This document shows, one piece after another, positions 17,940 to 26,533 of a stretch of 64,000 nt of DNA. This DNA comes from Escherichia phage PhaxI, in the sequence record JN673056, one strand, 5' to 3'. Made by a program: the position numbers and the translations under genes. Every line of letters starts with the position of its first letter. Positions within the stretch are counted from its first letter, which is position 1. Below the pieces are notes generated by a model that was not told the DNA's origin, did no database searches, and was given only the letters and a program-made list of their open reading frames with translations.

Positions 17940-18281
17940 ATGATTTCATTAAAAGAAATGTACGAACGCCTCGAAGAACTGAAATCTAAAGAACGTCTGT
18001 ATTCAGAAGAGAATGCAGAAATGTCAGATCTTATCGAAAAAATTGCGTTGCGTGAAAAGTATCTTCAACGTTATATCAATCAATCACCTCACATTGTTGA
18101 ACGTGTGAACGTTGAACTGGAAAAACTGTCCCCAATCACGTATGACAAATTGGGTATGGATAAAGTCCACACGGCTATCTCTGGTGTTGTGAACTCTATG
18201 TTGGCGTTGGGACAAGTATTTGGTCGCCAGGACCATGATGATCTTATTTTCTACATTGAGAAAAATGTGGTGGTCAAATGA
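17940..18281 (+). CDS. hypothetical protein
   Basis: Track ORF begins at TTG inside the terminator; first ATG 17940 (MISLKEMY...) preceded by GGGAGAGAC. Confidence 0.4.
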   Translation: MISLKEMYERLEELKSKERLYSEENAEMSDLIEKIALREKYLQRYINQSPHIVERVNVELEKLSPITYDKLGMDKVHTAISGVVNSMLALGQVFGRQDHDDLIFYIEKNVVVK

Positions 18282-18685
18282 AACGTTATCGCCTGAAGTT
18301 TGAGTTAACTCGAAGGGAAGACAACGAACTCATATATGGGGAAATTTTCATATATGATCCTTATGATACGGAATACACTGAATGGCTGAAGATAATATTG
18401 GCTGGTGAAGTCGATAAAGTATACCGTGCCATTGAAAAGGACGCCAAAGGGGTATTAAGTTTTGGTCATCTTCGAGTAGCGGCCATGATTGGTTCAGCTT
18501 TAGAAATAGTGTCTGAAGCGATAGCCATAGATCTACCAGGGGAACATATCTTCATCCGTGAATCTAAAGTTGATATGGCAACGAATTATGTGATGAAATT
18601 GACCTTGACAGAAAATATGGAAAATAACAAACCAAGTATTTTCCGCCGTTTCATGAACAAATTAAAGGGTGTTAAAAATGATTAA
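18278..18685 (+). CDS. hypothetical protein
   Basis: 135-aa ORF. Confidence 0.4.
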   Translation: MKRYRLKFELTRREDNELIYGEIFIYDPYDTEYTEWLKIILAGEVDKVYRAIEKDAKGVLSFGHLRVAAMIGSALEIVSEAIAIDLPGEHIFIRESKVDMATNYVMKLTLTENMENNKPSIFRRFMNKLKGVKND

Positions 18686-19196
18686 ACCACGAATGATGTT
18701 CGCCCATATGCGATCAGCTGCAGCATATGGTGTAACCAGTTATGCTCGGCGTCTGCAAGTCGGTTGTGTTATCGTAAACCCTGAAACTGATCAGCCTGTG
18801 GCTATCGGATGGAACGGAACGCCTCCTGGCATGCCGAATGTTTGTGAGATGGAACAACACGGGCAAATTGTTACAAACCCGTGTGTCATTCATGCGGAGG
18901 AAAATGCTCTAATGCGTATCCCCGAAAATGCAGATGATTTCACAGGGTTGGTTATGTTTGTGACACATAGCCCATGCCCTGATTGCACTCAGAAGATCAT
19001 CGACAATGGCAAGATCGATAAAGTATATTATCAAGAGCCATATCGTATCATGGATGGAATCAAAAGATTGATGAACTCCGGAATTGAAGTTTACCGGATG
19101 GTGGGCGATATGGCAATCCTTAAACACGTTTTCGACGATCAAGGCGAAGTCGGATACGAACAAATCTTATCCAACCCAGACAAAGTAAGGAATTAA
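18678..19196 (+). CDS. cd: dCMP deaminase
   Basis: Zinc-binding deaminase motifs HAEENAL and SPCPDC; ATG 18678 preceded by AAAGGGTG. Confidence 0.75.
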   Translation: MIKPRMMFAHMRSAAAYGVTSYARRLQVGCVIVNPETDQPVAIGWNGTPPGMPNVCEMEQHGQIVTNPCVIHAEENALMRIPENADDFTGLVMFVTHSPCPDCTQKIIDNGKIDKVYYQEPYRIMDGIKRLMNSGIEVYRMVGDMAILKHVFDDQGEVGYEQILSNPDKVRN

Positions 19197-19197
19197 A

Positions 19198-19605
19198 ATG
19201 CGTTATGTAGACCGCATGCTCGGCGAAAATGAACATGTCATCGCTTTCACCCGCCCGACTTGGTGGAGCGGTTTTTGGATTTATGTTCTGGTTATTTTAA
19301 CGATTATCCCAACATTTGGATTCAGTTTGTTATTTCTGATACCAACAATTTTAAATGTATTGACAACTGAATTCGCAGTCACCAACAAGCGTGTTATTGT
19401 CAAACGAGGATTTATTCGTCGTGATGCTGATGAACTCCGTCTTGGTAAAGTAGAAACCATTAAGGTGGACCAGTCTATTACAGGCCGTATCCTGAAGTTT
19501 TCGACCATCAGTGTTATTGGTACGGGCGGTACTCGCCTGTTGGCTACAGGTTGTGCTAAAGGGAACGAATTCCGTCAAAAAATTTATGATCATCTGGGTG
19601 ACTAA
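19198..19605 (+). CDS. membrane protein with bacterial PH-like domain
   Basis: Two N-terminal TM helices followed by a soluble domain resembling YdbS/YdbT-type bPH_2 proteins. Confidence 0.4.
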   Translation: MRYVDRMLGENEHVIAFTRPTWWSGFWIYVLVILTIIPTFGFSLLFLIPTILNVLTTEFAVTNKRVIVKRGFIRRDADELRLGKVETIKVDQSITGRILKFSTISVIGTGGTRLLATGCAKGNEFRQKIYDHLGD

Positions 19606-19824
19606 ATGATTACTGCAGGATACACCGTCGATTTGTATTGTGAGTGTGTTGAATGCAAATCTTGTAATTGGGCTTGGGAAGAACATCACCCCAGATGTGG
19701 GATGAAGTCTTATGCTGGTGAATCTTGGGGAGACTGTGCTAGACAAGCCCGTGCTGATGGGTGGATGATATGCAGGGACAAACAAACTTGCTTTGCCCCT
19801 GGACATCCAAGGAAATCAGGGTAA
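19606..19824 (+). CDS. hypothetical Cys-rich protein
   Basis: 72-aa ORF with CECVECKSC...C...C..C pattern. Confidence 0.4.
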   Translation: MITAGYTVDLYCECVECKSCNWAWEEHHPRCGMKSYAGESWGDCARQARADGWMICRDKQTCFAPGHPRKSG

Positions 19825-20436
19825 TAACAAACCATCATCTTCCGATTGCGTTGGTTGTTTATTAGCAGTTTCCTTCTTCATTTGCTCTTTCAACGCATTA
19901 ATCCTTTGAGCGCGGCGTCGATCTTCCATTTCGACTTCGCGCTTTTTCTTAGAACGAAGAGCAAATTGTTTTTTAACTTCTGGGTCTTCACCTGGCACCA
20001 AATGTTCTTCTGTCCAGATAATGAATTTCCAACCTACCTTTGCGCAATGTTCTTTAGTTGCTGTCCACTTTGCCTGATTTACCAACCAAGTGCGCATTGA
20101 ATTATTGAATGTTGATTCTTTCATCGTTTTAGTTTTTCGAGGTTCTTTAATCTGGTCTTTGGGTTTTATTTCAATAAGAGTAATTTGTAATTCATCAGAA
20201 TCCTGCCGACGAGTCCAAACCTTCAAATCCATGAAATAACGATGGGCGCGGCCATCAACCGGAGATATGTAAGGGATTACAGTTTCTTCTGAAGACCAAT
20301 AGACGATAGCAGGATTCATATCACAAAATTTAAAGGCGACAAGTTCTAGCGAAGAACGAAATACTATTTTGTTCACGTCGCCTTTATATTTCTTGGGATT
20401 TACGGGAACATACTTCCCCTGCAAATACATAGCCAT
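19816..20436 (-). CDS. head completion / DNA end protector protein (gp4/gp2 family)
   Basis: Segment YWSSEETVIPYISPVDGRAHRYFMDL resembles the conserved core of T4 gp4/gp2 as recalled; divergently oriented from the baseplate genes as in T4. Confidence 0.45.
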   Translation of the reverse strand: MAMYLQGKYVPVNPKKYKGDVNKIVFRSSLELVAFKFCDMNPAIVYWSSEETVIPYISPVDGRAHRYFMDLKVWTRRQDSDELQITLIEIKPKDQIKEPRKTKTMKESTFNNSMRTWLVNQAKWTATKEHCAKVGWKFIIWTEEHLVPGEDPEVKKQFALRSKKKREVEMEDRRRAQRINALKEQMKKETANKQPTQSEDDGLLLP

Positions 20437-20444
20437 ATTCTAGT

Positions 20445-20452
20445 CCTAAATA
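20445..20452 (+). promoter_or_regulatory. possible late promoter variant (CCTAAATA)
   Basis: TAAATA core about 35 nt upstream of the ATG at 20490. Confidence 0.3.
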
Positions 20453-20489
20453 GTGTCATCACTCTATTCTAATTAAAGGGCTTCAGACC

Positions 20490-21458
20490 ATGGCGAATTT
20501 CAAGTCGACCATCGATAAGATCAAAGTTCTGAACACAAAAGGCTTGGCCAAGTCTCAGAAGCAATTGGTCTATCCATTAGACATAACAGGGGGTAAAACC
20601 CTCGGTCATTATGTTCTATTCAACATCAACCGAATATCTGGTTCTTCATATGGGGACACCACAACCCAAACCGTCGAAAATCCGATACAAAATCCATTGG
20701 GTAAGACTCCTGTGGTTTATGGTTCTAAATCGGGGTCTATTAGCAAATATGCTTGGGCGCGTCATGTCCGCTCTAACGAGTCAATTGTGTTGTGTATGCC
20801 CGAATCCATTACAACCAACTATGGCGTTGGTTGGAACGGCTCCGAGTTGGGATTAGCAGGTATGGGTGCCCAATTCTTATCACGCGCCGCCCAAGATATG
20901 AGTCAATTCAAACTTGGGGATGCCTTGAATGTTGGAAAAGAAATGGGGAGAATTGCGGCAACAAAGGCCATTCAATCTGCTTCGGAAGCAATTCCTTTTC
21001 TGCCGACAATTAATGCTCATGATACATTAGAATTGTTTACAGGTACAATGACCAACCCGTATGTGGAGATGATTTTCCAAGGGGTGCGCAACCGAGAAAT
21101 CCCGTTCACATTCAAATTCACTCCAAGATCGCAAAAAGAGGCGAAAATGGTGCGGGAGATTATCCGTTTATTCAAGATGCACATGTATCCAGAATACAAA
21201 TACAACAAGAATTCCAGCGCATTCTATCTTCATCCATCCACGTTTGATATCACGTTCATGGTCCAGGGAGAACGCAACAAATGGTTGCATCGGATATCGA
21301 CTTGCGTCCTATCAAATATGTTTGTCAACGAGACGCCTGACTCTTCATATGCCGTACACAAAGATGACAGTATCGTGTCGACACAAATCGACATGACGTT
21401 TATAGAACTAGAACCGTTGCACAAAGGCCGCTTTGATACCGAAGGCGACAGCTTCTAA
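20490..21458 (+). CDS. baseplate/tail-tube junction protein (gp48/gp54 family)
   Basis: 322-aa ORF; segment FTFKFTPRSQKEAKMVREIIRLFK resembles the conserved motif recalled for T4 gp48/gp54; located beside gp53. Confidence 0.4.
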   Translation: MANFKSTIDKIKVLNTKGLAKSQKQLVYPLDITGGKTLGHYVLFNINRISGSSYGDTTTQTVENPIQNPLGKTPVVYGSKSGSISKYAWARHVRSNESIVLCMPESITTNYGVGWNGSELGLAGMGAQFLSRAAQDMSQFKLGDALNVGKEMGRIAATKAIQSASEAIPFLPTINAHDTLELFTGTMTNPYVEMIFQGVRNREIPFTFKFTPRSQKEAKMVREIIRLFKMHMYPEYKYNKNSSAFYLHPSTFDITFMVQGERNKWLHRISTCVLSNMFVNETPDSSYAVHKDDSIVSTQIDMTFIELEPLHKGRFDTEGDSF

Positions 21459-21471
21459 GGAGAAAGATGCC

Positions 21472-22029
21472 ATGAAATATTTTGAGAAATTTCCACTCGT
21501 GTGGCATCAATTAATTGGTGTCAAAGAGGATGACCAAGTCCTGTTGCAGAACTTAACACGACGGGTTATGGTTGTTAAGAAAATTAGGGACATAGAAGGG
21601 CTTCTCCTGCCGTATACTGTTTTCGATGGGGAAACCCCAAGGTCTTTTGCCGAACGCGTCTACGGTTCCTTCGAGCTGTTTTGGATCCCATGTCTTATCA
21701 ATGGTATCATGGACATCACAGAGGACTGGCCAAAACCAGAGCGCCGTATCATTGAAGAACTGACGGCTCGATACGGCCTTGACGGAATGTGGGATGTGAA
21801 ATACTACGTTGACGAATTCGGTCATGAAACAGATCCTAGAGCAATACGTTTAGCATATGGCCTTGGTTCTATGGATGATTCCACGATTATCGCCAACTAT
21901 GGCCTGACAGGTATTACATATCATGATGATGCTATAAACAAAAACGAAGCCAAACGGAATATTCAGGTTCTAGACCCAGATTATGTTTCTTCCTTTGTTA
22001 ATCAGCTAGAACAGGAGCTGACCAAATGA
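21472..22029 (+). CDS. 53: baseplate wedge protein (gp53-like)
   Basis: ATG 21472 after TAAGGAGAAAG; segment TPRSFAERVYGSFELFWIPCLINGI resembles the LysM-like region of T4 gp53. Confidence 0.5.
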   Translation: MKYFEKFPLVWHQLIGVKEDDQVLLQNLTRRVMVVKKIRDIEGLLLPYTVFDGETPRSFAERVYGSFELFWIPCLINGIMDITEDWPKPERRIIEELTARYGLDGMWDVKYYVDEFGHETDPRAIRLAYGLGSMDDSTIIANYGLTGITYHDDAINKNEAKRNIQVLDPDYVSSFVNQLEQELTK

Positions 22030-23414
22030 TCGAAAATAAAGAATCCCAGGACGGAATTTTAACTCCGTCCACAACATTTGATTTGAAATATATGGCGATA
22101 TTACCGCACACGCCTGAAGGCGGTACTCCCAAGCCTTATGACCTTTCATCGTTGTTTCAAGAATTCAACGTATATCAGGATCTTGGTCTGGAAGGGAATG
22201 CATCACCGTCGTTGACAGCTAATATTCTGATCAAAGAAGGCTGGGATATATTGGATACAATGCCAATCCTCGGAGGTGAGGAAGTAGTGGTATCGTTCAA
22301 ATCACCTGCGGCTTCCGACTACACTACGCTTTCATTGCGAGTCAGTCGGGTGGGGAGAGTTGCTGACGAATCGAACTCTTCTTCGAAAAAGGCATTCTGG
22401 TTGCACTTGGTGACAACAGACGCGTATCGAGATAGCATGTTGCGTAAATCTGTTGGATTAAGCGGTTCTTATTCTGAGATGGCAGCTAAAATCTTTGAGC
22501 AACTGAATTCACGCACCAAATTTGAAGACATAGATCCTTCATATGGGATACAAGAAAGGTTCGCTACCCCTCTTTGGCCTGTACTCCGCTCCATAGATTA
22601 TATGGCCAGCCGTGCATATGACGAATTATTCATGCCATTCGTTTTCTATGAAGACTTTACGGGTTATCACTTCAAAAGCATGACGACGTTGTTCAACCAG
22701 GGCAACCAGTCTATGACTGCTGAAGAGAAGCAAGAGGCTTCTATTGAAAAGAAATTCTTCCGAGACCCTCAAGACGCGCCGTTGATGCAGGATAACAATT
22801 TCAACTCAGAACGTTTCATGCGGACTATAATCAAGGCTGAAAAGAAACTGGCGCGTGATCAGTACATGGCGAATTATCGGGATATCTTGGCAGTGAACGA
22901 GCGCGTGTATGACTTTAGTACAAAATCCACGACAGCGACCCAACGCATTTATTCAGAATGGTTTGACAGCACTGCTCACCTTGATCCGTTCCCTTTGTTC
23001 TCGGATCAATTTGATCGTGAAAATGTTCGTTATATCGAGGCACAACCAGATGGAGCTGAACAAATAGATTATGCTCGCCGCGTAATAGAATTCAGTCTAG
23101 CATCTACGGTTATGCGTTTGCTCGTGGTCGGCGATAACCGCCTGAACGTTGGTCAGGTTTATTATATTGAAGATTTGTCGAACCGCCCGAAATCTAATGA
23201 AAACATTGCCGAGTTAAGTAAGTTATCAACAGGCCATTATATCGTCACAAAGATACGCCACAAGATTTCACGCCTGACAAATGATTATCAATGCGTCGCT
23301 GAGATTGCCAAAGATAGTATGATCCAGAAGGTCTTACCGCCTCAGACTGGTCAAACTGTGGCTTCTACACCAACTCCGACGCCAATAGAGAAAGGACAAG
23401 CCCAGAAGGTCTGA
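22026..23414 (+). CDS. putative baseplate hub / structural protein
   Basis: 462-aa ORF inside the morphogenesis operon between gp53 and the tape-measure-like gene; no motif recognised. Confidence 0.3.
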   Translation: MIENKESQDGILTPSTTFDLKYMAILPHTPEGGTPKPYDLSSLFQEFNVYQDLGLEGNASPSLTANILIKEGWDILDTMPILGGEEVVVSFKSPAASDYTTLSLRVSRVGRVADESNSSSKKAFWLHLVTTDAYRDSMLRKSVGLSGSYSEMAAKIFEQLNSRTKFEDIDPSYGIQERFATPLWPVLRSIDYMASRAYDELFMPFVFYEDFTGYHFKSMTTLFNQGNQSMTAEEKQEASIEKKFFRDPQDAPLMQDNNFNSERFMRTIIKAEKKLARDQYMANYRDILAVNERVYDFSTKSTTATQRIYSEWFDSTAHLDPFPLFSDQFDRENVRYIEAQPDGAEQIDYARRVIEFSLASTVMRLLVVGDNRLNVGQVYYIEDLSNRPKSNENIAELSKLSTGHYIVTKIRHKISRLTNDYQCVAEIAKDSMIQKVLPPQTGQTVASTPTPTPIEKGQAQKV

Positions 23415-23424
23415 GAGGTGACAA

Positions 23425-23470
23425 ATGGCAGATAACAATCAACCGACATGGCAGATAACAATCAACCGAC
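23425..23470. repeat. perfect 23-bp tandem duplication (2 copies) containing the start codon of the downstream gene
   Basis: ATGGCAGATAACAATCAACCGAC occurs twice back to back; the first copy carries the RBS (GAGAGGTGA) but is out of frame (23 nt shift). Confidence 0.9.
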
Positions 23471-25388
23471 ACCAGGGCAGCAAGACATCGTCAAGGTTTT
23501 GGATAAAATCAAAAAAGAAATGATGGAGCGCAAGCAATTGCGCGCCCAATCCGAGACGAATAAACAGCTCGCAGATGTCAACAAACAACTGCAATCTCTG
23601 AAGACACGCCAGGCGTCTAATCAGGAGCAGAAAGTCCCGCCAATTAAATTCCCATCGGTGAATGATATTGTTGGTGGGTTTGTCCGCGTCAGTCCTATTT
23701 TCACAAGGGATTACAGCACTTGGATGAAAGACACCGTCAGTCTTTCCAAGGACGGAAATGAAGAACTGATGCGAATCGCAACCAAAATAGAAAAATTTGG
23801 CGAAGCGGCGAATGGTCCGGTTGACGACATGTCAGTTGAATATCTTGACATGATATCAGATCAATTGGGCGCGGCCAACGAAGATAGTCTTGAACGCCTT
23901 GATGGATTAAAGGATAAGCTGGCGTTGGTCGGAGGGGAGATCGTAAACCTGACTGACATAATGCTTCAAACGCATAAGGACACGCTGGATTTCAATAAAG
24001 ATGCCAGTAACGAAACTGTTACCCGCCTCGACAGCATTGATGACAAATTGGGATACATGAACGAAGATCTTAATGATACTCTGACACGTATCTATGAAAG
24101 TGATCAAAAATATAGAGAAGAAGAGAAATTCCGTCGTGGCGAAGAAGGTAAGGAAAACAAGAACAACCCAGAGGCTGGTTCTATCCCTCCGTCTGAGCCT
24201 AAACAAGATGGTCAATCTTCTGGGTTAGGCGCGGCGCTGGGGGCACTCCTTGGACTGGGTGCGTTAAAACTCCTGATGTCCCCATTAAAACTTGTTGGTG
24301 GCTTCATTAAATTATTCATGGGGTTTGGTGCTGGGATCGGCGGGTTACTTGCGCCTCTGAAAGCAGCAACCAAGATGCTTCGAGTTGGACCTCTGGCGTT
24401 AATAACATCTGTATTTGAATTCGGTAAAGGTTTCTTTAATGCTAAAGAAATCCTTGGTAAAGCGCAAGTATCGATCGTTGATCGGGTTCAGGCAGGGATA
24501 ACAGAGCTGGTCGGTAGTTTCGGGGATCTCGCTGATTGGGTTGCTGAAATATTCGGATGGAACAATGCTGGGTTTGGAAAGGCGTTCCGTGAACAAGTGC
24601 TGAAAATGACCGAAGCGCCCGTGCGTTGGTTGAACTCGATTGTTGATTGGGTCACCAACGATTTGTTTGCGGGTATCGGGAAGAGTACATCACTGACCGA
24701 AATCCCTGGTAAACTTGCAGACAACTTACAAGGCCAATTGATAAAATTGGTTGATTGGGTAACGGGCGGGATATCGGGATTGATTGATGATGGCATGGCG
24801 GCTGCAAATAAAGTCGTTGAAGATATGAAGAAAGGATTTGCGGAAAACGTGAAGAAACCATTCTTTAATATGTTGAATGCCATAACCAATGCCATGTTTG
24901 ATATCGTGGATAAATTCGTGAGTATCATACCTGATGCTCTGGGTGGTGAAGCAGCCAGGAACAAAATGGCGGAAGCAAGACAGTCTATGCTAATCAGCCA
25001 AGACGATAAGGCTCCTGAGAATGCGTCTACGCCGCCAAGCAGCCAATCACCAGCACAACCCAATGCCAATATCAGCACGTTAACTCCAATGCCTTCTGGG
25101 GTGTCCTCAGACGCTGTCAACGTTACGGATAGAACTTCACAATTGAAAGACGCATACGCAGGGATTGGGGGAGGTACTCTGGGCGGGGCTTATCCGGTTC
25201 AAGGAAGAGCAGCCAATAACATCGAAGAAGTTAAATCCGCCTATGCTAACCCGCCAGCCAGTGTTGTGGTTCCAGTACAACAAAATGTGGACAACTCGAA
25301 GAAAGTCAGTACGACGAACAACTTCAATAGTTCACAGTTGGAGCCGTCCAACCGTACTGATACAGGGCGCATTCTCTGGGATTGGTAA
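23448..25388 (+). CDS. tail tape-measure-like protein (gp29-like)
   Basis: 646 aa; N-terminal coiled coil, glycine-rich hydrophobic segment (GLGAALGALLGLGALKLL...GFGAGIGGLLAPL) and internal repeats (LADWVAEIFG, IVDWVTNDLFAG, LVDWVTGGISG). Confidence 0.45.
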   Translation: MADNNQPTPGQQDIVKVLDKIKKEMMERKQLRAQSETNKQLADVNKQLQSLKTRQASNQEQKVPPIKFPSVNDIVGGFVRVSPIFTRDYSTWMKDTVSLSKDGNEELMRIATKIEKFGEAANGPVDDMSVEYLDMISDQLGAANEDSLERLDGLKDKLALVGGEIVNLTDIMLQTHKDTLDFNKDASNETVTRLDSIDDKLGYMNEDLNDTLTRIYESDQKYREEEKFRRGEEGKENKNNPEAGSIPPSEPKQDGQSSGLGAALGALLGLGALKLLMSPLKLVGGFIKLFMGFGAGIGGLLAPLKAATKMLRVGPLALITSVFEFGKGFFNAKEILGKAQVSIVDRVQAGITELVGSFGDLADWVAEIFGWNNAGFGKAFREQVLKMTEAPVRWLNSIVDWVTNDLFAGIGKSTSLTEIPGKLADNLQGQLIKLVDWVTGGISGLIDDGMAAANKVVEDMKKGFAENVKKPFFNMLNAITNAMFDIVDKFVSIIPDALGGEAARNKMAEARQSMLISQDDKAPENASTPPSSQSPAQPNANISTLTPMPSGVSSDAVNVTDRTSQLKDAYAGIGGGTLGGAYPVQGRAANNIEEVKSAYANPPASVVVPVQQNVDNSKKVSTTNNFNSSQLEPSNRTDTGRILWDW

Positions 25389-26051
25389 TCAAATTCCGTG
25401 GGCAAGGATTAGCTCACGGAGTTTTCCTTTTGTGTATTCTGTGTTTTCATCAGGAACAACTGAATTGGTTTTCTTTAATAAAAAGGACTCAGAGTTCCAA
25501 TAGATGTCATCCTTGAGTATTGTATCATATAAATGGATGAACCCCACTACTTTATTCAATCCAACTAGAAACCAAATTGGATAGCGTTTAACAATAATAT
25601 CTGTCAGTAAAGGTGGATGCCCATTACCATTTCCTTTGATATATTGGATAAAATTCACGCCTCTTTCTTTTATCTCAGGGATCATATATCTCTCAAAATG
25701 TTCAAGAAAATTATATGAGAAGTTGTCATACAGGCGGCGATATTCATTATAATTTTCTTGAGCCTGACGGGTGAGTAATGTTGTCACCCATGTTTTTGGT
25801 GATTTAACAAAGTTGGCGATGATATAATTTTCCACCACTTCACCCTGGGAAGATTCAAACCGACGAGCAAGTTTGGCAAATTGTTTGGCCACACCCTGTT
25901 TAGAATAGAACGTTTCAAACTTGTAATTGTTCATCGGCCCATACAGGCCATAATCAAAATCTTTGGTGGTGAAATGCAACTTGATCGCCATATATATGCA
26001 ATAAACGTTAAATGCACGTTCGTATTGCATTTTCTCCCACTCAGTTATCAT
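25389..26051 (-). CDS. 59: helicase loader (gp59-like)
   Basis: 220 aa; pattern Y.IY.AIK.H...D...Y and spacing resemble T4 gp59 (217 aa) as recalled. Confidence 0.45.
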   Translation of the reverse strand: MITEWEKMQYERAFNVYCIYMAIKLHFTTKDFDYGLYGPMNNYKFETFYSKQGVAKQFAKLARRFESSQGEVVENYIIANFVKSPKTWVTTLLTRQAQENYNEYRRLYDNFSYNFLEHFERYMIPEIKERGVNFIQYIKGNGNGHPPLLTDIIVKRYPIWFLVGLNKVVGFIHLYDTILKDDIYWNSESFLLKKTNSVVPDENTEYTKGKLRELILAHGI

Positions 26052-26192
26052 GGCGTTTCTCCCTGCTTTTCTGTTTCTGTAATCTGCTGCGTTCAGAACA
26101 GAACTGATTGAACTCCGTCACCAAGCCTTTCTCCTTTATAAAGAGAATGGCGTTTCGAAGCAATTCCAATCTTGGCATATGACGGCGGATTT

Positions 26193-26456
26193 TTACCAAC
26201 CACGTGATCTCTCCTCTGTGCGAACGAAACGTTGAAACTCTTCTGTCTTCCCTTGTCGGTGAATAAAAACCAACGCCAGAATAAAACGCCGAAAAGATTT
26301 TGGGATAAGACGATAACCGTTTGTCCAATTATAGACAACGTCAGAACAATTCATCATCTTCATCATCTGTAATTCAGAAACTCCCAATTCCCTCATAATG
26401 TTTATGAGATTAAGAGAATCATTGTCTTTCCTTGGTTTCTTATCAATAAGTTTCAT
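26193..26456 (-). CDS. HTH DNA-binding protein
   Basis: 87 aa; LINIMRELGVSELQMMKMMN helix-turn-helix-like segment. Confidence 0.4.
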   Translation of the reverse strand: MKLIDKKPRKDNDSLNLINIMRELGVSELQMMKMMNCSDVVYNWTNGYRLIPKSFRRFILALVFIHRQGKTEEFQRFVRTEERSRGW

Positions 26457-26533
26457 AATAACACCTGGTAATGATTTCTTGGAATTATACTGCTACTGTC
26501 TTTATTGAATGGGGTTCCGAAGAACCCCGATTT

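Noticed and set aside
24488-25120. 210-aa minus-strand ORF inside the tape-measure-like gene
   Set aside because: Antisense to a long structural ORF in the middle of a plus-strand operon; low-complexity translation
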